Source: Alkalispirochaeta sp. (GTDB taxonomy: Bacteria; Spirochaetota; Spirochaetia; DSM-27196; Alkalispirochaetaceae). From it: a stretch of 64,000 nucleotides of DNA. The position numbers were made by a program, and so were the translations under genes. The notes under the pieces were generated by a model. That model did not search any database. It saw nothing but the letters and a program-made list of their open reading frames with translations, and was not told the origin of the DNA. Position 1 is the first letter of the stretch; each line of letters opens with the position of its first letter. Location of the stretch: positions 32,001 through 96,000 of the forward strand of contig CBDESZ010000034.1 in NCBI GenBank assembly GCA_965242725.1. The letters run 5' to 3'. Below are positions 49,829-59,187 of this stretch, piece by piece.

Positions 49829-50480
49829 ATAAAATCACGGGGAGAAAAAGACGCAAAGGGAAGGTCATGACGCCGACTATTGAGGGCCTTCGGCGCCGTC
49901 CCGCCATACGCTGTACCGCAGCGGGGGCGACGACCGTTGCCGTGGGACCTACCCTGTGGGCGGAAGTGACGACCCACCGCAGGAACGAGCTGGTTACAAC
50001 CCCTGAAACGATGAGGCGCGGCGACGCCTTTTTTATTGCCGTCGTCACCGAGGGAATCGTCGTGGGATGAAATACCGCCCGTCCGACGATTCGGAGTCCC
50101 GGGAAGGTTGCGCGTATATTCTGTTCCGTCTTTTGCAGATCCTCGGTGTTTCTCCCGATGAGGTATACCGTCGCCGCCGTCGTCTCGCTGTGGGCGAGGA
50201 GGCGAATAATCGTCTGAAACTCGCGATATGGACCAACCCGGCAACCGGTGGCCATCCGTATCTGTCGGGCCCCGCTCCGGTCCACGGGAATGACGTAGCT
50301 TCCGCCGCCGCCGAAGAACGACCGAAATGCCCGGTTGCGAATCAGGCGCCACAACAACCCGCGACGTGCACAGAGGAGCACCACCGGATCTGTCCGTTCA
50401 CCCGCCCAATGGGGAGACAATTCCGGTCCCTCTTCCGGTATTACATCGATGCCAAAAAATCTGCGTTGTTTACAATTCAT
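49776..50480 (-). CDS. Degenerate WecB/TagA/CpsF-like protein
   Basis: FFGIDV, VYLIG, ATFPGLRIVG, IKKASPRLI; ATGA overlap with rsmE. Confidence 0.65.
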   Translation of the reverse strand: MNCKQRRFFGIDVIPEEGPELSPHWAGERTDPVVLLCARRGLLWRLIRNRAFRSFFGGGGSYVIPVDRSGARQIRMATGCRVGPYREFQTIIRLLAHSETTAATVYLIGRNTEDLQKTEQNIRATFPGLRIVGRAVFHPTTIPSVTTAIKKASPRLIVSGVVTSSFLRWVVTSAHRVGPTATVVAPAAVQRMAGRRRRPSIVGVMTFPLRLFLPVILFIHRLRLGKKGKQTAPS

Positions 50481-51235
50481 ACTTCTTTCAATCGGGAGTG
50501 TATGCTCTGGCGTATGTAGTGAACAAGAGCACCCGCCGTAACTGCCGCCGTTTCCGACCGGAGGACGGGGAAAGGCATCCGACAGACGGACCATCCCAGA
50601 TCGCGCACCACCTCCACTTCATCCGCGGCAAGTCCTCCCTCGGGTCCCACGAAGTAGCGCCATTCACTCTGCGCCGTGATCCGATCCAGATTTCCCGGCA
50701 ACTCGTCCTGCGCCGTTTCGTGAAAGGCATAGGAAACGGCGTTGACTCCGTCGGAGGGAGGAAGTTCGGACAGGGTCAGGGCGTCTTCGATCATCGGCAC
50801 CACCGTCCGCCCGCTTTGCTGGGCCGCCTCAATGGAAATCTGCTGCCACCGTTTCCGTTTCTTCCGGAGCTCCCCTTCCTGGGGACGACTGACGACGTGC
50901 CTTGTGATGACCGGCCGGATCGCCGTAACACCTTGCTCCGTCGCCTGTCTGACCACGAGGTCAAATTTCTTCCCCTTCAGGAGGGCGAGATAGAGGGTCA
51001 CACCGCCGACGTCACGGGGAGCGTGTTCCTCGACATCCGTCACCACCGCGAGGGTCATCGCCTCATCATCGACGGAGGTAATCGTCAGCTCAGCCGACCT
51101 TCCCCGTCCGTCGGTACACCGAAGGGCATCGTCCACGCCAAGGCGGCGTACGTGGCGGAGATAGTGATACCGTTCTCCGGTGATCGTCACCTTCTCGCCC
51201 CGGGGCGGAATATCGTCGATGACGAGATGTTTCAT
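50477..51235 (-). CDS. rsmE: 16S rRNA m3U1498 methyltransferase
   Basis: HYLRHVRR, EAAQQSGR, VGPEGG, VLRSETA. Confidence 0.93.
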   Translation of the reverse strand: MKHLVIDDIPPRGEKVTITGERYHYLRHVRRLGVDDALRCTDGRGRSAELTITSVDDEAMTLAVVTDVEEHAPRDVGGVTLYLALLKGKKFDLVVRQATEQGVTAIRPVITRHVVSRPQEGELRKKRKRWQQISIEAAQQSGRTVVPMIEDALTLSELPPSDGVNAVSYAFHETAQDELPGNLDRITAQSEWRYFVGPEGGLAADEVEVVRDLGWSVCRMPFPVLRSETAAVTAGALVHYIRQSIHSRLKEV

Positions 51236-51236
51236 A

Positions 51237-52625
51237 CTACTCCCGCAAAAACTCTACCGCCCGCTGAAGGACCACATCGTATTCCAGATCATACACATCG
51301 GTCGTATTGGCCAGCCGATTGACCTCTATTCTGATGAGGCGGCGGACCCACCGGTCGTTCAATACGATGCCGTCAGCCCGCAATTCTTCAATGAATGCGG
51401 AGATATCCTCTTCCGTCGGCTGCGGCGTCTCCGAGACAAATGAGATGATCCGTTCTTCTTCACGTATGCGGGCGTAGGACTCCCGCTCCTCATCGGTCAG
51501 CTCGGGTTCTTCAACAACGATGTCAGGCTCAATACCGACGCGGTCGATGTTGGTGCCCGCGGGAGTGTAATACCTGGACATGGTCAGCCTGAATCCTGAA
51601 TCACCGATGCTCCGAACCTGTTGGACCGAACCCTTGCCGTAGGTGGTTGATCCGATGAGAGTACCCCGCCCGCGGTCCTTGATCGCAGCGGCCAGAATCT
51701 CCGCGGCAGAGGCCGACCCGCCGTCAATGAGTACGACGATTTCTATATCCTCATCCACCGCAGTGCCCCGGCGTGCGTTATAGTCCCGGTTTTCGCCGGC
51801 AATCCGACCGCGCGTTTCCACGACGAGTCCGCCGTCAAAAAAGAGGCTCGCCACATCAACCACGCCGTCGAGGACTCCTCCGGGGTTGGAGCGCAGATCG
51901 ATAATCATGGAGGTGTACCCGGCGGCGGAAAAGTCCTCTATGGCTTCTTCGATGCGCTCGTCCGTGTAGGGGGTAAACTGAATGACCCGCAGGAAGGCAA
52001 TCCGGTCGTCTATCATCTCCCATTTCACCGTGGGAACCCTTATGACCGCACGCTCCAGGGAAACGGGAAATTCAAGGGTGTCGTCCCTGAGAATCGTGAT
52101 CTGAACCGATGTGCCCGGTTCACCCCGCAGGAGGTCGACCACGTCGTCCACGGACAGCTCCGCCGTTGATTCTCCCTCAACGGCCTTTATCAGATCCCCG
52201 GCGCGCAAACCCGCACGATATGCCGGCGTATCCTCGATGGGAGAGACGATTTCCACATAGGGTGTGCCGTTTGACTCATCAATCGGCTTTGATATGAACA
52301 TTCCCACACCGCCGAACTCGCCGCTCGTCGTATCGGTAAGACCACGCATCTCTTCTTCGGAGAGATAGGCGGAGTGCGGATCATCCAGTGCGTCAAACAT
52401 GCCTTCCAGAGCACCTTCGATGAGTACATCCGGATCGACTTCATCCACGTAATTTCGTTCTATGAATCTATAGACCTGTTCAAAGAGTCCGAGGGCGCGC
52501 TCTGACGAAGATTGAGACCCCTGGGCGATAACCGCAGGGACGGCCGAAAGGGCAACGAGAATAGCCACAAGTACGGCTGAAACACCGACCCATACGACCG
52601 ATTTCTTTCTGATATCATGGTCCAT
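51237..52625 (-). CDS. Carboxyl-terminal processing protease (S41 family, CtpA-like)
   Basis: LDDPHS, PDZ (FGGVG), DLRSNPGG, SASAAEI, TYGKGSVQ. Confidence 0.94.
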   Translation of the reverse strand: MDHDIRKKSVVWVGVSAVLVAILVALSAVPAVIAQGSQSSSERALGLFEQVYRFIERNYVDEVDPDVLIEGALEGMFDALDDPHSAYLSEEEMRGLTDTTSGEFGGVGMFISKPIDESNGTPYVEIVSPIEDTPAYRAGLRAGDLIKAVEGESTAELSVDDVVDLLRGEPGTSVQITILRDDTLEFPVSLERAVIRVPTVKWEMIDDRIAFLRVIQFTPYTDERIEEAIEDFSAAGYTSMIIDLRSNPGGVLDGVVDVASLFFDGGLVVETRGRIAGENRDYNARRGTAVDEDIEIVVLIDGGSASAAEILAAAIKDRGRGTLIGSTTYGKGSVQQVRSIGDSGFRLTMSRYYTPAGTNIDRVGIEPDIVVEEPELTDEERESYARIREEERIISFVSETPQPTEEDISAFIEELRADGIVLNDRWVRRLIRIEVNRLANTTDVYDLEYDVVLQRAVEFLRE

Positions 52626-52738
52626 TGAGACCTCCCGGTGTATTGTACTCACCCCGGTGGTGTACCAGCAAGCTTCACCGGACGATCATTGCGCGGAAAT
52701 GCTTGACCCCGCCGGAACGCCCCCGTAGACTTCCAACA

Positions 52739-53122
52739 GTGAAACGCTCCGCGCCTGTGCTCATCCTCATCGGGATATACCAAGCTGTCCGTTTTGTATC
52801 TCTCGGTGCATCGGTCCTCATTCGAACGCCGCTTGTGGAGGATGTGATGCTCCGGCACGGAGTGATCGCCCTCACGGGGGGAGGACTCATCATGGTCGTC
52901 CTCGTCACCCAGTATATTCTGACGCCGCATCCCGTGTTGTTGATGCCCCTTCGTCTGGGAAAGCTCCTTGAGACCCTTTCTGCAGCGCTCCTTTTTGTCG
53001 CCCTTGCTCCCAATGTGAATATCATTACCGAGGATCCCCTCGGTATAATCATCTCGATTCTCCTGTTATCCGATGTAATTGTGTTTCTCTTTTTGCTACT
53101 ATTACCGGGAAAGGAACAATGA
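52739..53122 (+). CDS. Hypothetical 4-TM membrane protein
   Basis: TTGACC-17 nt-TAGACT, then GTG 7 nt later; ATGA overlap with the next gene. Confidence 0.65.
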   Translation: MKRSAPVLILIGIYQAVRFVSLGASVLIRTPLVEDVMLRHGVIALTGGGLIMVVLVTQYILTPHPVLLMPLRLGKLLETLSAALLFVALAPNVNIITEDPLGIIISILLLSDVIVFLFLLLLPGKEQ

Positions 53123-54273
53123 TGCATATCCTTCCAGTTGCCAGCGGAAAAGGGGGTGTGGGGAAATCGCTTTTTGCCGCCAATATCGCGATCGCCCTCG
53201 CACAGTCCGGTCAGCGCGTCGTCTTGGCGGACCTCGATCTCGGAGGATCCAACCTGCATCTCATCCTCGGAATTCGGGGTTCAACGCCTTCCCTTGGTAC
53301 CTTTCTGGGTGACAAGAAACAGAATTTTGAAGCAACGATACACGACACGGATATCCGCAACCTTCGGTTCATTCCCGGAGATGCGGAAATCCCGGGCCTC
53401 GCAAATATCAATGCATCACAGAAACGCAGCCTGATTCGACGGTTATCGAGACTTGCCGATACCGATTATCTTGTCCTCGACCTTGGCGCCGGAACGAGTC
53501 AGAATATTCTCGACTTCTTCCTGATGTCCTCCCGCGGTGTCGTCGTCACGACGCCGTCTCCGACGGCGACGGTGAACGCCTATCTCTTTCTGAAAAATTC
53601 GATCTTCCGGATTCTGCAGACTTCAATGAAACGGAAATCTCCCGGTGAAGCGTATTTGAACGATCTCCTGAAGCATCGCTCCACCCTCCAGCGGGTATAT
53701 ATTCCGGAAATCATCGAGCAGCTGGAATCCAGAGATCCCGAGTCCGCGAAAGCGTACAGAGATGCGGTCGCACGGTTTCAGCCTCGCCTCGTGATGAACA
53801 TGATCGAAGACCCCAAGGATGCGGAAACGGTCACCCGCCTGCGGCGCAGCGCAAAACAGTATCTGGATTTGGACATCCTTCACCTCGGTGTCATGTATCG
53901 GGATGAACTCCAGACGACGGCGCTCAACTCCCGGATCCCCATCGTACGCTACAAACCGAGCGCCCTCCTCTCCCAGGCTATTTATCGCGTCTCCGAGAAG
54001 ATCATTCAACTCCAGGACGAAGACACCGGTCAGTTTCTTGACATGGAAGCGCTCAATGACTCCTTCGACTCCGCGGAAGCGGAAGCGGAACAGGATTTCG
54101 ACAGCAAAGTGAGCTATATAGAAGAGTTATTGAATACTGGCGCCCTTTCGATGGGAGACCTGGTGGAAACGGTAAAGAGCCAGCAGTATGAAATCACGCA
54201 ACTCCGCCGACAGAACGATCTCTACAAGGCAAAACTCGTCCGTGCATTGCGTCAGGGTTTCAAGGACATGTGA
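53119..54273 (+). CDS. MinD/FlhG-family P-loop ATPase with C-terminal extension
   Basis: SGKGGVGKS deviant Walker A, DLDLGGSNL, DLGAGTS. Confidence 0.88.
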   Translation: MMHILPVASGKGGVGKSLFAANIAIALAQSGQRVVLADLDLGGSNLHLILGIRGSTPSLGTFLGDKKQNFEATIHDTDIRNLRFIPGDAEIPGLANINASQKRSLIRRLSRLADTDYLVLDLGAGTSQNILDFFLMSSRGVVVTTPSPTATVNAYLFLKNSIFRILQTSMKRKSPGEAYLNDLLKHRSTLQRVYIPEIIEQLESRDPESAKAYRDAVARFQPRLVMNMIEDPKDAETVTRLRRSAKQYLDLDILHLGVMYRDELQTTALNSRIPIVRYKPSALLSQAIYRVSEKIIQLQDEDTGQFLDMEALNDSFDSAEAEAEQDFDSKVSYIEELLNTGALSMGDLVETVKSQQYEITQLRRQNDLYKAKLVRALRQGFKDM

Positions 54274-54279
54274 CATACC

Positions 54280-57264
54280 ATGACGGATGCGGAAACGGTG
54301 ACGGTCACCGGAATTCTCAAGATTGAAATACCAGATCCCGCGATTTCCCTCTTCCTGATTTTTGAACCAAGTGACGACGGCGATCACTGGACGCCCGGTA
54401 AGATAGCCGCCTCCCTGCGGGAACGGGGAATCACCGCCGGATACTCCCAGGAAAAACTCGCGGCCTTTCTCAAAAAGGCGCGCCACGCCCCGGGGAAACC
54501 ATTCCGCCACGAACTCATCAAAGGGACCGCCCCCGAGGACCCGCAACCGGATACGGTACACTGGAAACCGCTGCCGGAAGGTCAGGAGCATGGCGATGTC
54601 AAAGAGTCCGTCCTTGCTCAGGCGGGGGCACCCGAACTGTACCGGGAAGTGCGGGAAAAGGTTGAGAAGAAAAAAACAGTTGAAAAGAAGGGAAATGCCC
54701 CTTTTGGACAGGCCAGGACCGAAACGATCACCGTCACCGAGACGGTCACGAGGAAAGAACCCGCCGATGTAGATCCCCGGGTGCTGCGGAGCGAGTACGT
54801 CCGGGCCGGCTCCGTCCTCGGTACGGTCACCTCCCGACTTGTCGGCCTCCCGGGCACCGATATCTACGGCAACACAATCCCCATCGGGGAGGCGGGAGAC
54901 CTCAACTTCTACCATGGTGATCACATCGTCCGACAGGGAAACACCCTGACGGCCGAACGAAGCGGTTTTCTCCGGGTCGGCGCAAACTGGGCCGACGTCG
55001 TGCCCTTTGAACCGCATCAGTGGTCGATATCGATAAGCCGCGACAAGGCGACGTGTTTCCTCGATTTTACCCCCGGCCATTCAGCGACACCCCTCCCCGA
55101 TGTGACGGAGGTTCTTCACGCCGCAAAAGATCATTCCTACCCGGAAGAGCATCTCCTTTCACCGGAGGATGTGACGGTACTCATGGAGAGGCAGGTCAGA
55201 ACGGGGGAGCCCGCCCAGATTCCGCTGAGCAAACCCCGGGACGCCGCGATCGAGATCGTCGTGGCTGAAGACAGCCTCTCGGCGCATCTCTCCATTCGGA
55301 AAGGAACGGGAGCGGGGAAGGCGCTCAAGCTCAAGGAAATCGGGACGGCTATAAAGGAAAGCGGGCTGGCCGGACTGAACCTTCCCAAAATCAAGGAAGA
55401 TATCACCACCTTTTTTGAGGGGCCCGACTTTGAGCTGACCGGATATCTCCTGTGCGAGGGTGTGGCCCCTGTTCCCGGAGAGGCGCGGAACGCCGAGTTT
55501 GCGCCTACCTACCATGAAGCACGTAAAACGGAAGAGATCAAAAAGGAGCTCGCCCATACCGTTGCGGAAGGTGCCGACAATCTGGAAGAGTATCCTTCCC
55601 TTTCCGATTTTCCCCCGGATTCCATTACAAAGACTGCCGATGTGGTGGAGGAACAGCTCATATGTTCATTTGACCCACCCACACCGGGCCAACCGGGACG
55701 TGATGTCTACGGAAAAACGATTCAGGCCGAGGCAGGACGGACGCCCGATATCGTCCTCCATGAAAACCTGATTCAGAAGAACAACGTCATCGTCGGCACC
55801 GTTCCCGGTGTCCTGGACTACGGTGAAATCGATGAAACGATCCACCTCCGTGTCCGTGCCCACGTCGACGCGACTATCGCCGTGTCCGTCAGTTCCGACA
55901 GAATGGAGGGTCTTCTCTCGCTGACGGAGGGAATTGGAACGGGATCACGTCTCTCCATGGAAGAGATACGTACCGCTCTGGAAGAAAACGGCGTGGTCCA
56001 CGGCGTGGACGACGAACGCATACTAAAAGCGCTGGATACCGCCCGAACCGGAGTTGCGGTGAAGGAGTTCGTCGTCGCCGAAGGTACGCCGGCTATCGAC
56101 CAGAGCGAGAACAGAATCGAGTTCATCGTCGACATCTCCTCCGATCCGGGCGTACGCATCCGTAAAGACGGCAGCGCCGATTTCCGGAACAGAAACACGA
56201 TCACCACCGTGGAAAAGGGTGAACCCATTTGCCGAATCCTTCCGTCACAGCAGGAACCCGTGGACGGGATGGATGTAACCGGCAAGGCGATACCCGCCCA
56301 GAACATTTCTGGGCTGCAACTGGAACTGGGAGAAAACGTCCTGAAGGAAGAGCAGGACGACGGAGAGATCATTATCGTCGCCACCACCGATGGTGAACTG
56401 CTCTACGACTCGAACCGCCTTGCCGTGGAAACGGTTCACACGATCAAGGGCGACGTAAATATGAAGGTGGGAAACGTCAAGTTTCCCGGAACGGTACTCA
56501 TTGACGGAACGGTTCGCACCGGTTTCTATGTGATTTCCGGCGGCGACATCAAGATCTCCGGCGGCGTCGAAGGGGCGCTCCTCTCGTCCGACGGAGATAT
56601 CCTCATCAAACAGGGTGTAAAGGGCGCCGGAAAAGCGGTATTGCGCAGCAAGAAGGGAATCATGAGTCCCTTCGTGGAGCTGGCGACGCTTCTGTCCGTC
56701 GGAAACGTGACGCTCAAGTCGTCGGTCGTTCGATCCAGAATAAAATGCAACGGACGAATTTCCTTCCAGGGTGACAACGGTCGAATCGTCGGCGGCCAGA
56801 TCCGCGCCCGCAACGGCGTGGAAGCGGGTTCCATCGGCACGCCCCGGGGGATAAAGACTGAACTTTCCTTCGGGCAGGACTACCTCATCGCCGACCTCAT
56901 CGAGAAGGAAGAAGAGGAAATCGAAAAGGTAAAAAAACGGATCACCCAGGTTGACCACGCCATGCAGAAGTCGGAAAAGGGACTGAACGGGGACAGTCAG
57001 CTGCAGACGCTGCGCAAGGAGAAGGTCAACCTTCTCAAGCTTATGGAAAAGCGGGGACTCCGGCTCTTTACCCTCCGGGAGCGGTACGAGCAGCATTTTC
57101 CGAGCAAGGTCGTCATAAAGGGCGACGTATATGCGGGTACGGTCTTTGAGAGCCACGGGCGGGTCTACGAGATAACGTCTCCCCGGAAAGGCATTTCCGT
57201 CGAATTCAACCCCCAGACCGGTAACATCGAAATAAGCGAACTAAAAAACGGGAGCGAAGAGTAA
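54280..57264 (+). CDS. FapA/DUF342 family protein with repeated N-terminal modules
   Basis: Repeated G..G.D.YG/VTG..IP motifs; GDVNMKVGNVKFPG beta-solenoid; coiled coil. Confidence 0.85.
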   Translation: MTDAETVTVTGILKIEIPDPAISLFLIFEPSDDGDHWTPGKIAASLRERGITAGYSQEKLAAFLKKARHAPGKPFRHELIKGTAPEDPQPDTVHWKPLPEGQEHGDVKESVLAQAGAPELYREVREKVEKKKTVEKKGNAPFGQARTETITVTETVTRKEPADVDPRVLRSEYVRAGSVLGTVTSRLVGLPGTDIYGNTIPIGEAGDLNFYHGDHIVRQGNTLTAERSGFLRVGANWADVVPFEPHQWSISISRDKATCFLDFTPGHSATPLPDVTEVLHAAKDHSYPEEHLLSPEDVTVLMERQVRTGEPAQIPLSKPRDAAIEIVVAEDSLSAHLSIRKGTGAGKALKLKEIGTAIKESGLAGLNLPKIKEDITTFFEGPDFELTGYLLCEGVAPVPGEARNAEFAPTYHEARKTEEIKKELAHTVAEGADNLEEYPSLSDFPPDSITKTADVVEEQLICSFDPPTPGQPGRDVYGKTIQAEAGRTPDIVLHENLIQKNNVIVGTVPGVLDYGEIDETIHLRVRAHVDATIAVSVSSDRMEGLLSLTEGIGTGSRLSMEEIRTALEENGVVHGVDDERILKALDTARTGVAVKEFVVAEGTPAIDQSENRIEFIVDISSDPGVRIRKDGSADFRNRNTITTVEKGEPICRILPSQQEPVDGMDVTGKAIPAQNISGLQLELGENVLKEEQDDGEIIIVATTDGELLYDSNRLAVETVHTIKGDVNMKVGNVKFPGTVLIDGTVRTGFYVISGGDIKISGGVEGALLSSDGDILIKQGVKGAGKAVLRSKKGIMSPFVELATLLSVGNVTLKSSVVRSRIKCNGRISFQGDNGRIVGGQIRARNGVEAGSIGTPRGIKTELSFGQDYLIADLIEKEEEEIEKVKKRITQVDHAMQKSEKGLNGDSQLQTLRKEKVNLLKLMEKRGLRLFTLRERYEQHFPSKVVIKGDVYAGTVFESHGRVYEITSPRKGISVEFNPQTGNIEISELKNGSEE

Positions 57265-57266
57265 TT

Positions 57267-58274
57267 ATGGCATTGTATATTCCCTATCCCGAGTGGATTT
57301 CACCGGTGATCATTCCGGGATTGCCGTTCCGATGGTACGGGATGATGTATCTCGTCGCCTTCGGATTCGCCTATCTGTTCACCCGCATTCAACTGCGGGA
57401 GGCGGACAACCCCCTTCACGGCAAGGTCTCCGACGATGAGGTGGTAAACCTCTTTTTCTGGATCATTATCGGCCTCCTTGTGGGTTCCCGAATTGTCGCC
57501 GCCACCATATACGATACGACGGGCACCTATATTCGAAAGCCATGGCTCATGTTCTGGCCCTTTGATGAAGAGATGAATTTTACCGGACTTCAGGGCATGA
57601 GTTTTCACGGGGGGCTCTTCGGCGGAATCATCGGCGGCATGCTGTACTGCCGCATACGGAAAATAGATATTCCCGCCATGGCCGACGTGATCATTACCTC
57701 CGTACCCTTTGGATATACCTTTGGCCGCATCGGCAACTTCATTAACGGTGAGCTCTACGGCCGCGTCACCGCGTCGTCGTGGGGCATGCTCTTTCCACAG
57801 GCCGAGAGAGTGCCCACGAGTCATCCCGCGGTGAGGGAAATTGCAGCGCAGGTCGGGATCGATATTTCCGGCCAATCGATGGTCAATCTTCCCCGTCACC
57901 CTTCACAGCTCTATGAGGCGGCCCTTGAGGGAATTGTCCTGTGGGCGGTGATGTGGTTTTTCTTCAGACACCGCAAGCCCTTTCGGGGCTTTATGATCGG
58001 AGTCTACCTCGTCGGCTATTCTATCGCCCGGTTTATTGCCGAGTACTTCCGCCAGCCCGATCGCGGCCTGGATTTCATTATTCAATGGGGGCCACAGGAC
58101 AACCCGCGGTGGCTTCTTCTCTCTCCGTGGAACTTTACCACCGGCCAGGTGTTGAGTCTCATCACCGCCGCAGTGGGGATTGCAGCAATTCTCGTTCTCA
58201 GGGGCATCATCGGTTCCCGGTCAAAGATTGAGACCTATGAACGCTCCGAAGGCCGCCGCAAAAAAAATCGGTAG
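57267..58274 (+). CDS. lgt: Prolipoprotein diacylglyceryl transferase
   Basis: RWYGMMY, GMSFHGG, GRIGNFINGELYGR, HPSQLYE. Confidence 0.96.
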   Translation: MALYIPYPEWISPVIIPGLPFRWYGMMYLVAFGFAYLFTRIQLREADNPLHGKVSDDEVVNLFFWIIIGLLVGSRIVAATIYDTTGTYIRKPWLMFWPFDEEMNFTGLQGMSFHGGLFGGIIGGMLYCRIRKIDIPAMADVIITSVPFGYTFGRIGNFINGELYGRVTASSWGMLFPQAERVPTSHPAVREIAAQVGIDISGQSMVNLPRHPSQLYEAALEGIVLWAVMWFFFRHRKPFRGFMIGVYLVGYSIARFIAEYFRQPDRGLDFIIQWGPQDNPRWLLLSPWNFTTGQVLSLITAAVGIAAILVLRGIIGSRSKIETYERSEGRRKKNR

Positions 58275-58315
58275 ACGCGGGGAATCATCCGCGGGTGACG
58301 CGCGTCGTCACCGGC

Positions 58316-59050
58316 CTATTTCTCGGTTGCTTCCGCCTGAAGGGCGATCTCCTTCAGTTCGACGAGACGGGTGATCCGGTACGTCGGCAATACGTCACGG
58401 GCAGCGCCGTTTTCACCGTTGCGGTCAAACCAGACCGTATCCATGCCGGCACCATTGCCTCCGGCGATGTCGGAGGTGAGGGAGTCCCCGACCATCAGAC
58501 ACTCGGCGGGATCGGGATTGCCGAGTGCATCCAGAACGTGGGTGAAGAACCGGCGGTCCGGTTTGTTGTATCCAACCTCTTCGGAGATAAACAGCTGTTC
58601 CACATATTCCGAGAGGCCGCTGGCGGCAAACCGGGAGCGTTGCACCTCGGCAAAACCGTTGGTCACGACGACAACCGGCGCCAGTTCCCGCAATACCGCC
58701 GGGGCGGTGGGGACGACCGCATTGCAGCGACTCAATCGCGCGATGAACTGCCTGTTCAACCGCTCCGGTGCAACGGGACGCGACAATGCGGTGTAGTTCA
58801 GCACCGCCGAGAGACGACGAAACCGCTCGATTTTCAACGCTTCCGCCTCGATCTCTCCCCGCTCAAGGGCACGCCAGAGCGCGCCGTTCATGCGGCGATA
58901 CGCCGTGGTCAGATCTTCGCCGTCCAGGGTCTGCACACTGAAACCGTACTCCCGCGCCATGTCTCGGAGTATCCGTTTTTCGCATGCGGAAAAGTCGAGG
59001 ATCGTATTGTCTGCGTCAATTAAAATGTGGCGATACCTTCGTCGATTCAT
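58316..59050 (-). CDS. HAD-family nucleotidase (YjjG-like)
   Basis: DADNTILDF, TNG, KPD, GDSLTSDIAGG. Confidence 0.9.
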   Translation of the reverse strand: MNRRRYRHILIDADNTILDFSACEKRILRDMAREYGFSVQTLDGEDLTTAYRRMNGALWRALERGEIEAEALKIERFRRLSAVLNYTALSRPVAPERLNRQFIARLSRCNAVVPTAPAVLRELAPVVVVTNGFAEVQRSRFAASGLSEYVEQLFISEEVGYNKPDRRFFTHVLDALGNPDPAECLMVGDSLTSDIAGGNGAGMDTVWFDRNGENGAARDVLPTYRITRLVELKEIALQAEATEK

Positions 59051-59126
59051 GGCATCAGAATATCCCACCTGCAGCATCGCCGTCATCGGGTCCCGGTTCG
59101 TACCGACCGGGGAGAGACCTTCCTCC

Positions 59127-59155
59127 TTGACCGGGGACAAACCACCTTCTATGCT
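59127..59155 (+). promoter_or_regulatory. sigma70 promoter of ilvD
   Basis: TTGACC-17 nt-TATGCT. Confidence 0.6.
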
Positions 59156-59187
59156 CAGTTCACTATTCCATGAACCTGGAGCAACCA

